Positions 40,947 through 52,955 of a stretch of 64,000 nucleotides of DNA are shown piece after piece (position 1 is the first letter of the stretch; the number at the start of each line of letters is the position of its first letter). The notes below the pieces were generated by a model. The model was not told where the DNA came from and did no database searches. It was given only the letters and a program-made list of their open reading frames with translations. Position numbers and translations under genes: made by a program. The stretch comes from Eledone cirrhosa (Eukaryota): positions 40,920,001 through 40,984,000 of the forward strand of contig OZ024740.1 in assembly GCA_964016885.1 (NCBI GenBank), read 5' to 3'.

Positions 40947-41020
40947 TATTCGTTATACGTATTTCGAAGACGTAGGGCAGTTATATAATAACTTCCCTAC
41001 GTGTTCTCTTCAGACAAATA
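40947..41020 (-). ncRNA. Intact minimal type I hammerhead ribozyme with a long stem II
   Basis: UAUUUGU-CUGAAGA-gaacacguaggg...cccuacgucuuc-GAAAU-ACGU-AUA-ACGAAUA; within a mini-element whose 40905-40942 is inverted at 41185-41225. Confidence 0.82.
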
Positions 41021-41310
41021 TACAAACGAGATGTAAAATTCCATTGATATGTTACCGATCGCCGACCAATAAGCATATGTCCAAATTTCTCTTGTATCAG
41101 TTTTTTGTGCGGGAGATAGTTGTTGCTGTTGCTGTTGGTGTTGGTGATTGTAAACTGGCTAGGGTATCAAGTTACTAGATTTCTCGGGATGTAAGAATAA
41201 AACCGCCTCTCTTGTTTATTGTAATACAATTCCGGATGAATAAAAATCGTGGAGTGCTTCACGTCTGTTAAAGAAAAAGTCAGCAGATTTTTAATCAACC
41301 AACTTTCTTC

Positions 41311-41373
<63 letters not shown>

Positions 41374-41376
<3 letters not shown>

Positions 41377-41920
41377 GAGGTGGTATCAAAAGGTTTCCGG
41401 ACTAATTTTGTAGCGCTAACAGATGGCAACACATGGTTGCGTGTGCAGTGAGAGCTAGCAGTGACCTTCATGTACCAGCGTGCCGAGTGACATCGCTGTG
41501 TTCACTTCGCAAGTTGTGAAATTTGTGTTTTGTGTTTTTGTGATCACGTGTATGCTGTAGCGTGTGATTTTGTCATGAACAGGAAGGTGGAATAAAGAGC
41601 CAATGTGAAATTTGGCGTTCAGCTAGGGAAGTCTGGTATAGAGACATTCATTGAGCATGCTTCGACAATGGGTCGTACGCAATGTTTCGAGTGGCCCGGG
41701 CGCTTCAAAAGCGGAAGAACGTCTCTGGAAGATGGCGAGCGATCTGGAAGACCTGCCACGAGCGTCACCCCCGGAAATGTGGAGAAAATTAATCAGCTTG
41801 TGCATGAGGATCGTCGGAGGACAATCAATGAAATTGCTGATGGTAGAGGGAGGACGTTCGGCGAAAGCGACCGGATCTGTGGAGCGCGAAGAATTGGATT
41901 TTTCACGACGACAATGCACT
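41374..41920 (+). mobile_element. Deleted mariner element (5' TIR and transposase N-terminal HTH)
   Basis: TA-CACGAGGTGGTATCAAAA TIR; RANVKF.VQLGKSGIET..MGRTQCFEW..RFKSGRTSLED.ERSGRP..VHEDRRRTI. Confidence 0.88.
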
Positions 41921-42262
41921 ATATCACTTTATCCAACAGGGTCGTCGATATCGACGGGTAGAAGTCCACTATGTCAAACTGGGTGAATTTAGCCTAGTCG
42001 CTGTTTTCCCATTGGGACAGGTTGGATTTCATCCTAATGGTCTTAACTAGTCCTCTAAGAATAGATTTGCTGACTATCCCCATCGATGTACGTGCTGGGT
42101 TCAACAGTTTACAAGTAGGGTTAGTAGCAAAATCGGCCTTGTGATCCTTAAGGGTTAAAAAGGCCTCACTCTTAACTAGGCATTGTAATTTCTCATCTAC
42201 ATTCAGAGTGGAGGCTAGGTGCTTGGCTTCTCTATTGATGTTAATGTAAGATGAGGGGTTTG
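41921..42262 (-). mobile_element. Penelope RT N-terminal fragment
   Basis: AFLTLKDHKADFATNPTCKLLNPAR..QW, then FTQFDIVDFYPSIS. Confidence 0.85.
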
Positions 42263-42880
42263 CTATATATATATATGTGTCTGTGTGTGTAAGAGTAATC
42301 GTGGTAGAAATATGGGGAGGAGTTAAATGAACCAGAGTGTTAAAGTCATGAGACAGAGAGAAGATCAATATGATCTCATAACAGTGATCAATAATAAAGA
42401 GAGAAACCCCTTAAATGAAGGGAGAAAAATTAAAAGAAAATGGAAAGAATTCTTGAAAGAACGAAATAACTTTTCAACAGCAGACGGAATAGCACGAGAC
42501 TACTTCCAGACAAGTAGAAGTAACAATTTTAAAACCCGAGGAAGACTAGCTAGAATGTGGTGAACTGGGAATCGCTTGACTGATCATCTTCCAATAGACA
42601 TGAGGAGAAATGGAATGTTCCAGATGTTTGGTAACGGGATCTAGAAGTAGAAAGGCAGCAAAAAGAATGTGGAATATACAGGGGCCAGAGATTTACTGAA
42701 GTAACTTGTAAGTAAGATGTCAGAATATTGGAATAATGCACAAGGTGGAACCATTCCTTTAAGAAATTGATAACAGGTCTCCAGAATGCCATGCTTAAAC
42801 GATGGCAAGAAAAACACGTAATTGGCTAATACCAGAAACGAAACTGAATAGTCAGGAAGTGAACAAACAAAATTCACAAA

Positions 42881-43910
42881 ACTGTGAGAAGCCGAGGCGG
42901 AAGGATTTCTAATTGCAGCACAAGATCAAAGCCTCCTCACTAGAAACCATTAAGAATACATTATGAAGCAGAACACAGCAAGTAGCTACAGAATATGTGG
43001 AGGTGGGGAAACAACAATTAACTATATTGCCCCTGGTTTCCCAGTCTTAGCTAAAAAAGAATATATCCACAGACATGATAGAGATGGGATTTACATAAAC
43101 CGGAAGTTATGATAACACTGCGAAATATCAACAGAAAAAAGGTGTGTAGCAAGAGTTGCCTCCCTTATCATGACAATCACATCACCGCTCTCTAGACAGG
43201 AAGTAGCTGGAGTTACTTCCCGTTGGGGTGATAGAACCCTTTTTGTCACTTCCGGCCGGACCCTAATCCCAAAGTGTTAACAACACCTGCGACCTTGTCA
43301 TGAGATGATTCCTCTCTCATTTTCCTTCGCCACTCAAGAAGAATGCCACCGGCAGCCTAAGAGCCTAAGAAGAAGTTAACACCTCCAAGAGAAGATCTCT
43401 GTTCTTCTCCACACACTTCAGCCTAGGAGTTGTGACCCATGGGTAATGATTTATTTATATTAATTCCTTTGACTTCTGTGAAGTAAAAACCTTGTCACAA
43501 CACACACCGGCATTTATTGTCATTTCTAATAATGCATATATGTACACCGATACTAATTTCCTAAAGGTGGTATAAACATAGACAAAAAAGGTGTCAGAGA
43601 ATGACAAAGCAACCATACTCTGGGATATGCCACTATACACAAATAGACAGATCAAAGCCAACAGACAAGATATTATAGTTAAAGACAGCAAAGAAAAAAT
43701 TGTTTTCTAATTGATGCATCTTTCGCCACAGATGACAATATATCTACCAAGGAAATAGAGAAATGATCTGGAGATATAAATAACCCGAATGTGGGTGATA
43801 AAAACAGAAACAATCCCTATAATAATACACGCTCTGGGAATGATGAAAAGCACAGATAGACAGATACATAACCAACCACCCAGGACTTACAAACATACAA
43901 AATGCCCCTA
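42881..43910 (+). mobile_element. Degenerate R4/Dong-like RLE retrotransposon 3' part, split by a solo-LTR-like insert
   Basis: EGFLIAAQDQSL.TRN, CCHC-like region with PVLAKKEYIHRHD, TILWDMP..IKANR.DIIV, TIPIII.ALG. Confidence 0.82.
43145..43564. mobile_element. Probable solo LTR (420 bp) with 5-bp TSD
   Basis: Starts TGTAG, ends CCTAA; AGGTG duplicated on both sides; removing it restores the host frame (EKRWYKH). Confidence 0.7.
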
Positions 43911-43921
43911 CTATATATATA

Positions 43922-44200
43922 TGTAACGGATAGATTGTATTGTTGTGATGGTAGTTTTGATGAAAAGAATAATGCCATGATTGAGTTGTTAACAACGTTT
44001 ATTTTACAATAACAATATTCAATTTTGAACATCGCGTAATAAAATTTATGACATGAAAATATCCGTACATTAAATTGTTAGCTGCTACGAGCTAACGTGT
44101 GTATCTCAGAAGTCGATGATCTAAAAGTTGTGTTGTGTCTTGCAGATACAATATTACAGGAAGAATAGAATGAGAGTATAATATAAACAATATGAACTTA

Positions 44201-44290
<90 letters not shown>

Positions 44291-44725
44291 CTATTCTTAG
44301 TATACGTTATTGTCTTAGTAGTAGTGGTCAATCTGTCAGGCAGGCATGGATGGCTGTCTGGCTGTTTCGGTGGCCGAGGAGGTAAGCCAGTAAGGGCCAG
44401 GAAAAAGATAGGGTGAAAGGCCTGCTAATGTCTATAACGCTTATCGTCTGTTGACTGTTGCTTCGAGTCTGACGTTTCGGTTCCGTAACTCTTTGTATTT
44501 ATAATAAGTGCTAAAGTTAGAAGGATGGATATATGAGGTTGATTTATGGTCAGTCTGTGGTTATCGTCTCCCAAGAGGTTGGAGTCACAGGTCAAATGGA
44601 ATGTACATTTATCATCGTTGTCTTGACAGGACAATGGTGAGAACTTCCAACGATAGATTGTCCCAGAGGCGAGAACGCTCAGATTCGGTTTCGAATCTTC
44701 GCCGGTAAAACATAGGAGTATTCCG

Positions 44726-44730
<5 letters not shown>
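43922..44730 (-). mobile_element. Gypsy-like solo LTR, family B
   Basis: TGTAACGGA...TCCGTTATA termini, flanked by TATA; homologous to 54640-55308 and 61461-63547. Confidence 0.8.
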
Positions 44731-44783
<53 letters not shown>

Positions 44784-45035
44784 TTAGGTTAATAGGAGTT
44801 AGGTATTGTATACCCGTGTCCCATTAAGGTATCTGCACCCTACTATCGACGCCACCCCATCTATGGTTCAGCTAACCACTCGACTCCCGGGAATGAATAT
44901 GACCGCAGCTAGTAAACAAGGACCCACACCCAAATTAGACTTATCGTCCCCTACTTTTGCTCTTTACTCTCTTTACTCTTTGTTCTTGAATGTTTGGTTG
45001 GTAGAGTCCATAACACCAATCAAACCCCTTTTATA

Positions 45036-45080
45036 GCTCTGACGAACTCTACGGTTACGTAAGGAAGAAACATTGTAAGC
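45036..45080 (+). ncRNA. Minimal hammerhead motif with short stems
   Basis: GCU-CUGACGA-..uacg-guua-cgua..-GAAAC-AUU-GUA-AGC, followed by AATAAA and (TA)n. Confidence 0.55.
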
Positions 45081-45122
45081 CAATAAAAATCTTTTGATGT
45101 TGTAGACGCTCTTGTGTTCTTT

Positions 45123-45182
<60 letters not shown>

Positions 45183-45306
45183 AAAGTTTTATTTAAAATT
45201 GTTGGGTTACAACAAATATTTTATAACTGATATAAAGCACTCGACAAGTTTTTGGAGTAGATATACGATATTAAACAAATGGAAACTATATTTATAAAAC
45301 CATATT

Positions 45307-45372
45307 TATTTCATTATACATATTTCAGGAATACCATATTAAAAATATGGCATGCCTTCGTCAGATAAAATA
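45307..45372 (-). ncRNA. Minimal type I hammerhead ribozyme (left arm)
   Basis: Mirror image of 45527-45592. Confidence 0.8.
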
Positions 45373-45526
45373 CAATATATAAACAGTTTTATAAATAGTT
45401 TTGACGTACCATATTATAAGCGACCGTTATATTAGGAAGCTGACTGAATATCCAGTCAGCTTCCTAATATAACGGTCGCTTATAATATGGTACGTCAAAA
45501 CTATTTATAAAACTGTTTATATATTG

Positions 45527-45592
45527 TATTTTATCTGACGAAGGCATGCCATATTTTTAATATGGTATCCCTGAAATATGTATAATGAAATA
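45527..45592 (+). ncRNA. Minimal type I hammerhead ribozyme (right arm)
   Basis: UAUUUUAU-CUGACGA-aggcaugccaua/uaugguaucccu-GAAAU-AUGU-AUA|AUGAAAUA; predicted cleavage after 45584. Confidence 0.82.
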
Positions 45593-45632
45593 AATATGGT
45601 TTTATAAATATAGTTTCCATTTGTTTAATATC

Positions 45633-45685
<53 letters not shown>

Positions 45686-45690
<5 letters not shown>

Positions 45691-45843
45691 AATCCTATTG
45701 TTAATAGTTAGTATTTTTTTCACCCTAGCGAACCAGGTCCCTTACGATTTGAACACATGTATGTTTATACATGTGTTCAAATCGTAAGGGACCAGGTTCG
45801 CTAGGGTGAAAAAATACTAACTATTAACAACAGGATTTGCCAG
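45686..45843. repeat. 158-bp near-perfect palindrome adjoining (TA)n
   Basis: tggcaaatcct.ttgttaatagttagt...actaactattaacaa.aggatttgcca. Confidence 0.9.
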
Positions 45844-46267
45844 ATTCAATTTAAAATAATAAATCAAGAAATGAAATACAAACCTATATATATAAACAAA
45901 CAACACAGTTGCAATACACCTGCATTTTTGTGTTACTTTTAATCATTTCATGATTTATAAATATCATTTTACACGATTTCGTCAGACCGAAATGTTCGTA
46001 TGATACGTGGACAAAATACGCTTTACAGACATTATAATATAAATGACAAAGATATAATTTTAAAATTACACACCAGAAAATCTGTTTACCGATTAAAACC
46101 CGAGAGTTGAGGGTGGGGGTGGGGGTGGGGTCGTAGTTACAGTAGAAACCATTTTAGTTGATATTACATAGTGATATTATTTCATATTTTATTTATAGTC
46201 ACTTCCGTGCTTTTCATATTTTTCTAGTATCATATATCGGTTTTGCTACTTTGTATATATATACTGC

Positions 46268-46425
46268 AGGCAGTGAGTTGGCAGAGTCGTTAGAACGTCG
46301 GATAGAATGCTTTATAGTGTTTGTTCCGGTTCTCTGCTCCCTCAATTCAAATACCGCCGAGGTCAACTTTGCCTTTCATCTTTTCGAGATCGATAAATAA
46401 GTACCAGTCTAGTACTGGGGTCGAT
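46268..46425 (+). mobile_element. tRNA-derived SINE
   Basis: tggcagagtcgttag head; gccgaggtcaactttgcctttcatc domain. Confidence 0.8.
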
Positions 46426-46675
46426 TTTTCCTCTATATTTCTTTCTCACTTCTCTCTCAATCTCTCCATCCTTCTCTGGAAGAAATATGCTGTACTTAGG
46501 CATGGGGAGATGGGCTCCGTCAGGTCTTAAATGCCCAAGAAACGCTGTATGTCAATACGGCGCCCCAACGACTCCACCAGAAGTATGCACTGATATTTAT
46601 ACTGTTTTAGTTTAGATAATTTTATATCGTTTCTCTCTTCTTTTTTTATTTTAAAATTAATAGTAACTATAATAT

Positions 46676-46986
46676 AATAATTGTTTCTACGTTTTGTACA
46701 AGGTCAGCAATTATCCAGTGCATTACTGGTACTTTATTTTATCGACCCCGTAAGGATGAAAGGCAAAGTTAACCTCGGCAGGTTGGCAGTAAGGGCGGTG
46801 GATTGGCAGTATCGGTAGAGGATCGGACGCCATGCTTTGCAGCAAAGAGTTACGGCCCTTTATGGTCTGAGTTCAAATCCCGCCGAGGTTAACTTTGCCT
46901 TTCATCTTTATGGGGTCCTTAAAATAAACTACCAGAAATGTACTGGAATAATTGCTGGCTTTGTGCCAAAAGTAGAAACAATTATA
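46676..46986. mobile_element. Head-to-head SINE pair (truncated minus copy 46676-46785, full plus copy 46793-46986)
   Basis: Mutually inverted central domains and tails. Confidence 0.8.
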
Positions 46987-47769
46987 GTTACTATTAATAA
47001 AAAAAAGTGGGCTGCTGTCTTTCCTCTTATGAAAACAATAACATTTCCCGTTTTGAATTCTTTTAAACGCTTTGTGTTGACTTAATATTTTCTTTTGTTT
47101 TGATTATTGATTCATGTGAAATATTTGTGTAATCAAGTAATAGAGATATAAGTGTATACGTATGTGTTAATTTTGACGGCTATGGCATTTATGTTTGTAA
47201 TTTCAAGTTATCTATAGTCAGCATATTTGATTGAGAAAATATGTGAATTTTGTCATTATGTAATTTCATGTACATCGTTTATTTCGATGCAATATTCCAA
47301 TAAAGTCATTCATATTATTACTATACTTTTACAACCTGTAGTTTCGCCTGAAATAGAGCCGCAAACATTATACATGCCTTTCTGTAATTCTAAAAACTCT
47401 GACGTGAATAGAACGATGAGTAACTTACGTTCTAATCACTGGGTATAAACTGTCGGATAGAATTTCTTAAGTTTCTATTTCCGAATAGTGTATTACGCTG
47501 CAATCTCTATCTACGGTAATTTTAGCATATATCATGTGAAAGTCAATCTGGATGTTATAATTACACAATCATTTCATTAAATGCCACATAAATTTATAAG
47601 TTGATAAATACGAACGCGTGTTAGCTAAAATTAAGGATTACTTTAAATAAATTTTAGTGAACTTTATGAGATTAAGTGAAGGAAAATGTTTGTAAAATTT
47701 TCAATTAGAATTGAGAAAATTTGTTTTACCCAAAGAAAGTCCTATTATGGTTTGTGAAAATGTAACGAT

Positions 47770-47960
47770 ACCTTAATGTACGGATTTTGGGAACCCATGT
47801 GTATGTCGCTTCGAGGTCTCAGCAGGCAGAATGGAGAAAACATTGTCCTAAAAGGATGGCGAAGGAGACGCTTTGGAATAGTGTGGGGCTCACTTCTGCT
47901 TGTGACCAAAAACGCCGAAGTCTCCACTGCCATAGGTTCGACCACAAATCTATTATTACA
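47770..47960 (-). mobile_element. CRE-like RLE C-terminal fragment
   Basis: Minus-strand RFVVEPMAVETS..FQSVSFAILLG, similar to 19610-19770. Confidence 0.5.
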
Positions 47961-47987
<27 letters not shown>

Positions 47988-47991
<4 letters not shown>

Positions 47992-48147
47992 GATCCCAAT
48001 ACTGAAATGAAACTTTATTTATCGACCTCACAAGGATGAAAGACAAAGTTGATCCCGGCGGGATTTGAACTCAGAGCACTGAGAATCGGGACGAATACCG
48101 CAAAGCATTCTATCCAACATTTAATTGAATCTGCCAATTCGCCGCCT
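47988..48147 (-). mobile_element. tRNA-derived SINE
   Basis: Reverse complement of the head (ggcggcgaattggcag) and central domain. Confidence 0.8.
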
Positions 48148-49000
48148 CAGGGGGTTCGTATGAGCACAACAAAAGATGCGACCCTCTCTTTCCTGCCTCT
48201 TTCCTGCTCATCAGCCAATCATATCTTCCATCATTTTCCTATCTGTTCATTCATTGTGTTGTCGATAAAAACCACATCACTCCACACATAGACTAGAGCT
48301 ACCTCTACTTGCTCTTTTGAGGGTACATCGAAAGCCTCTTCGCTTTTCGAGAGGCTGAAGTATATAACTTTTTCTTTCATTCTTCAATAAAATAAGTAGG
48401 CAAGGGAGCAGAATTTTCCGTGATACAGGTCTTCCACCATGTTTTTCGGTGACACAGCTCTCCAACTATTTTTGATTTCCATTTTGTTTCTCATGTTTAA
48501 AGATCTTTAGAGACTCAGAACATTGGCCAAGCTGTTGTCTGCACAGTGAAGATTTTTGTTGGTTATGGCCACTGTCTGTGTTTCACCTTACACATTTGTG
48601 TTTTTCTGAATATTTTCCTAAAGTCAATCACTGCAATTGTGTTACTTAAATATAATCGTTTTTTTCTTTGTCCTTTTTTACAGTTCACAATTTTCAGAAT
48701 TTTGGACAAATTTTTCTTCGAAAATAGTGGGGGTGTAATGGAAGCTGCTTCATTTTTTGAAACTCTTTCTCAACGCTACCCAGGGCCAGACTTTTAAAAT
48801 TTGAGACCAGTCTCTAAAACAATTGGTGTAAAAAAAAAAAAAATACATGGTTATTATTAAGGAACGAATCCCTTTTTTGTATCAGAAGTTTTAGATATGT
48901 CTTCCTGCTAGGTACGGGTATGTTCTTTGTAGAATTATTCAGGTGTTCTTTCTGCATGATGAATATAAGTCAATAGAGTGCTCAACCGAGGGAGCCAAAT

Positions 49001-51160
49001 AGTAGTAATAATAAATGTGAAGACTAAAATCCAAAGAGGGCTCGATAAGGATAAATATATATCAATATATAAGAACCCTAGAGCAAATATTTATTAAAAT
49101 AACAGATTAAAGTTTAAGCAAAGAATCGTTGCTTTCACCCTTAACGGGATCTTCTGAAACTAAAAAAAATCAATCTGTGAACGCAGAAGTAAATATTTCG
49201 AAAAACGTTGCAACCGAAGGAAAACAAGAAGACGATACTTTGGTTCGTGAAGACGTTCCCTGGCAATGAACGAAAAAAAGCGAAGATAATACGTTGCTAT
49301 GTGGATCGTGGAGAACAATTACACGCAAAGACAAAACCACGTTTATGGTATAAATGGAGTCATTAGACTAATATTCTATTTAGGAAACCGAATGATTCTC
49401 GGCTTCGGAGTTAAGAATAATTATTTCTACTTTTTGGCACAAGGCCAGCAATTATCCCAGTGCATTACTGGTACTTTATTTCATCGACCTCGTAAGGATG
49501 AAAGGCAAAGTTAACCTCGGCGGGATTTGAATTCGGAGTTAAGAATAATGTAAATAAATTAGTAGAACGAAAATGACAGAGGTTATTAAAATCATAAAAG
49601 TAATAATAATTAAATATATACATACACGCATCCATATACGTACATACACGTGCATATGCGAAAACACCCGCCATGCATGCATATACATGCACGTACACAC
49701 AAACACGCGCACACATTCATAAACCCGCGCGACACATGTACTCGCACACATACGAACGTATACACCAAATACACATACAAATATGTGTGTGTGTATACAT
49801 ATAATTATATAAACGTATATAAATATACACACATAAATACGTATATAACGCACGCACACACATACCTACAGGTAAATACACATATGTTCACCAAACGTAC
49901 GTCAAACAAAACACAAAGTACACATATACACACCTTACATACGTGCAAACACGCATACACGCATACACACACAAACACAAAATACACATATACACATAAC
50001 CATATACACATATACCAGTATATATAATATAATATATACACCTATAACAAATACAAGCATATATACGTACGAGAAAGTATACGTACTTTCACAAAACATA
50101 CGGGTAAGGTTTACTTACCTATACAAATAAGTAATGGTATAAACATAAAATATACTTAGCTACCACATCAAGACGTAGAATATCCGCGTATAGTTCGTAC
50201 TATCCGTTAGGGTATAATGTGGGGCTGTAATACAGGAAAGTTTTATGCAATTTGTGTTTACAAGCCGAAATTGCCTCAGATTTTTTGTTTAAGGTGTGAT
50301 CATTGGCTTAGAGTATTTCCAGGGTTTCAGCGGCACAAATATCGCATGGTCTTTTATTTCCGTTATATGATCTAGCTTTAGCTAGGATCTCCCGGTGTAA
50401 CCTATATTGGGCGTGGTTATCTTTTAGACTCCAGATATAAGCTGAAAGTGACTCCATATTCCTTCTTAAAGGGTTAAGAAAAGAATGGGTGTGCATGTAA
50501 AGACGCTGCTTGAATCTATTGGCGGTTAACTCTATGTAGGCCCTACTAGACGTGGGTGTTTCGACCTTACATTTGTAGACAATGTTACCGGAGAAGCATT
50601 TTCCGGATATAGGGCAGTCAACCCGATTCCTACAATTACAGTTAGTACTAGCTACAGGGTTGCACGTGTTCCTACGGCTAGGTAATTTAGCTAATTTTGA
50701 AGCAGTGATGTGCAAGAGTAAGTTGTTAGTCGTAGAGTAAAATATTTTAATGGTATTTCTATTAAAAATTTTATTATATTTATGTGCTGAGGGGAAATGC
50801 TTCTTAATAAGGGAGAGAAAGATCTTAGCTAATGGTGTGGCCACCTCCATATTATATGGTGGGTTATACCATATAATGCGTCTGGATCTATTTTTTCTTG
50901 GTTTATGCTCATACTTAGTATATGCTACCTTATCGACAAATCCACTACGAGCTAGAGCTTCATTGTAATATGTGGAATGGTCGGTGAAAATATGCTCGTT
51001 TGTAGATAGACGGGAAAGCCTCAAAGAAACGTTTCTTACCAGGTTCTTGGTTATGCTGGCAGGATGGTTAGAATGCTTACTTATGTAATTAAGCGTATCA
51101 TTCGTCTTTCTATACGGGTAGTGCAAGCCATTCGACAAATTGAGGGTAACGTCGAGGTAA
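49001..51160 (-). mobile_element. 5'-truncated Penelope-like element (RT thumb, GIY-YIG, long 3'UTR)
   Basis: ORF 50308-51138: HSNHP, RSRRIIWYNPPY, CNCRNRVDCPISGKC..IVYKC, AYIELT..FKQRLYMH; SINE inserted at 49422-49531 with 18-bp TSD ttcggagttaagaataat. Confidence 0.93.
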
Positions 51161-51281
51161 TCGTGTTGCCTTCAATGAGGTGAGTGCAGGTTCCACAATT
51201 AGAGCGACCACATTTTTTGATACTTGGTTGTGGGTTTGGGTTCCACAATTAGAGCGACCACATTTTTTGATACTTGGTTGT

Positions 51282-52760
51282 TGTGGTCGCTCTAATTGTG
51301 GAACCTGCACTCACCTCATTGAAGGCAACACGTATACATTTAAATCAGGACAAAATTTTACTGTAAAAAATCACTTCACTTGCTCATCAAAAAATCTAAT
51401 TTATGCCATTAAATGTAAAGGATGCAATGAAGATTATATAGGACAAACTAAACTCACACTCAGAAACAGAATGACAGTTCATCGCCAACAATTACGAGAT
51501 CCAACCACGAGACAGATACCACTAAGTGCATATCTAGACATTTGCGCAAGTAATAAGACACCCAAATTCCAAGTCTTCCCATTTTACCTTTGCGCTAACA
51601 ATACAACAGAACAAATGCGAATAAATAAGGAAAATATCTTTATTCAAAAATATAGACCAACATTAAATAAGGTTTAATATACATTATGTCAACACCATAA
51701 TATGACATACACACACACACATAACACCTTCTACTTTAGAAAATAAAAACCCGAACTAAATAAACCTTAACATACGTTTGCACTGGCAATACAACAGCAA
51801 ACACGAAAAAGTAAGGAAAATATGTTCATTCAAAAATATTCCTACTAAAGGAATCACTTTCCTACACACACACATACACACACAATATATATATATATTC
51901 TCTTCATCTTAACATGCTAACCATACTCCCACACACATAACACCCATACACACACATAACAACCCCCACACCTACAACTCCCTCCCCATTTCTACTAATA
52001 GAACCACTTTCCTACACACATATATATATACACACACACAAAATATATATTCTCTCCATCTTAACATACTCGCACACACACACATAACACCCATATACAC
52101 ACACACACAACTCCCTCCCCCATCTCTACTAATAGAATCATCTTCCAATACACACATACACACACACACACACACACATACACACACACAAGCACACAAA
52201 TAAACATACATATCTTCACTTCAATAGAAAATCTGAACTCTGACACCCCGGCGAGCTGGCCATATTCACTGAACCAGAACAATTCTCCCAATCCCTTTTC
52301 TCTTGACCACTATCTTTCCATTGTCATAACATTCACTATAAAGACTACAGGATAGTTTTCCAAATAAGGGCGCAAAAATGTAATAAAAACTTGTTCATGT
52401 GACAGCCAAATTTCATTTATAACCAACCAAAAAAAAGCCTTCGTGAGCCTCCTTTTTTCAAGTAAAAAGAAATTCAAATATGAAAAAACAACCTGTGACA
52501 ACCCCCCCCTCTCTCTCTCTTATTTGAAGAACTATTGTAACGCGAACTGGCGCGAAATTTATTATAATTATTGACAAACCAATCAAATTACTTCTCGAAA
52601 AACCTGGCATTTCGAGCCACTTTTTCCATATAAAACAAGTAACATTCAGAGACCAACCAGATGTGAGAAAAACCACAGACCCTCCATCTCAACTCACCTT
52701 TTGAAAAGCAGAAGAACTGCGAAACCGGTAAAGGAACCAAATAAATATATATATTTAAAA
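51282..52760 (+). mobile_element. Neptune-like PLE 3' fragment (GIY-YIG and 3'UTR)
   Basis: CGRSNCGTC..FTCSSKNLIYAIKCKGCNEDYIGQT..LRNRMTVHRQ..E..FIQKYRPTLN; degenerate hammerhead CCUU-UUGAAAA-gcag/cugc-GAAACCGGUA-AAGG at 52697-52734. Confidence 0.88.
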
Positions 52761-52803
52761 AAAAAATAAGACTCCAGTTGCATTTTCGATTTCATCTCTT
52801 TTT

Positions 52804-52955
<152 letters not shown>

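Larger units (their letters stand above)
45180..45638. mobile_element. Family A mini-element containing a 378-bp spacer-less palindrome (45261-45638)
   Basis: 189-bp arms with about two mismatches, axis at 45449/45450, (TA)n on both sides. Confidence 0.92.

Noticed and set aside
42327-42800. Possible RTE linker/RT fragment
   Set aside because: Too degenerate to assign by eye.
51180-51677. 165-aa ORF as a novel nuclease gene
   Set aside because: Its N-terminus is the fold-back junction and the rest is an ordinary PLE GIY-YIG domain.
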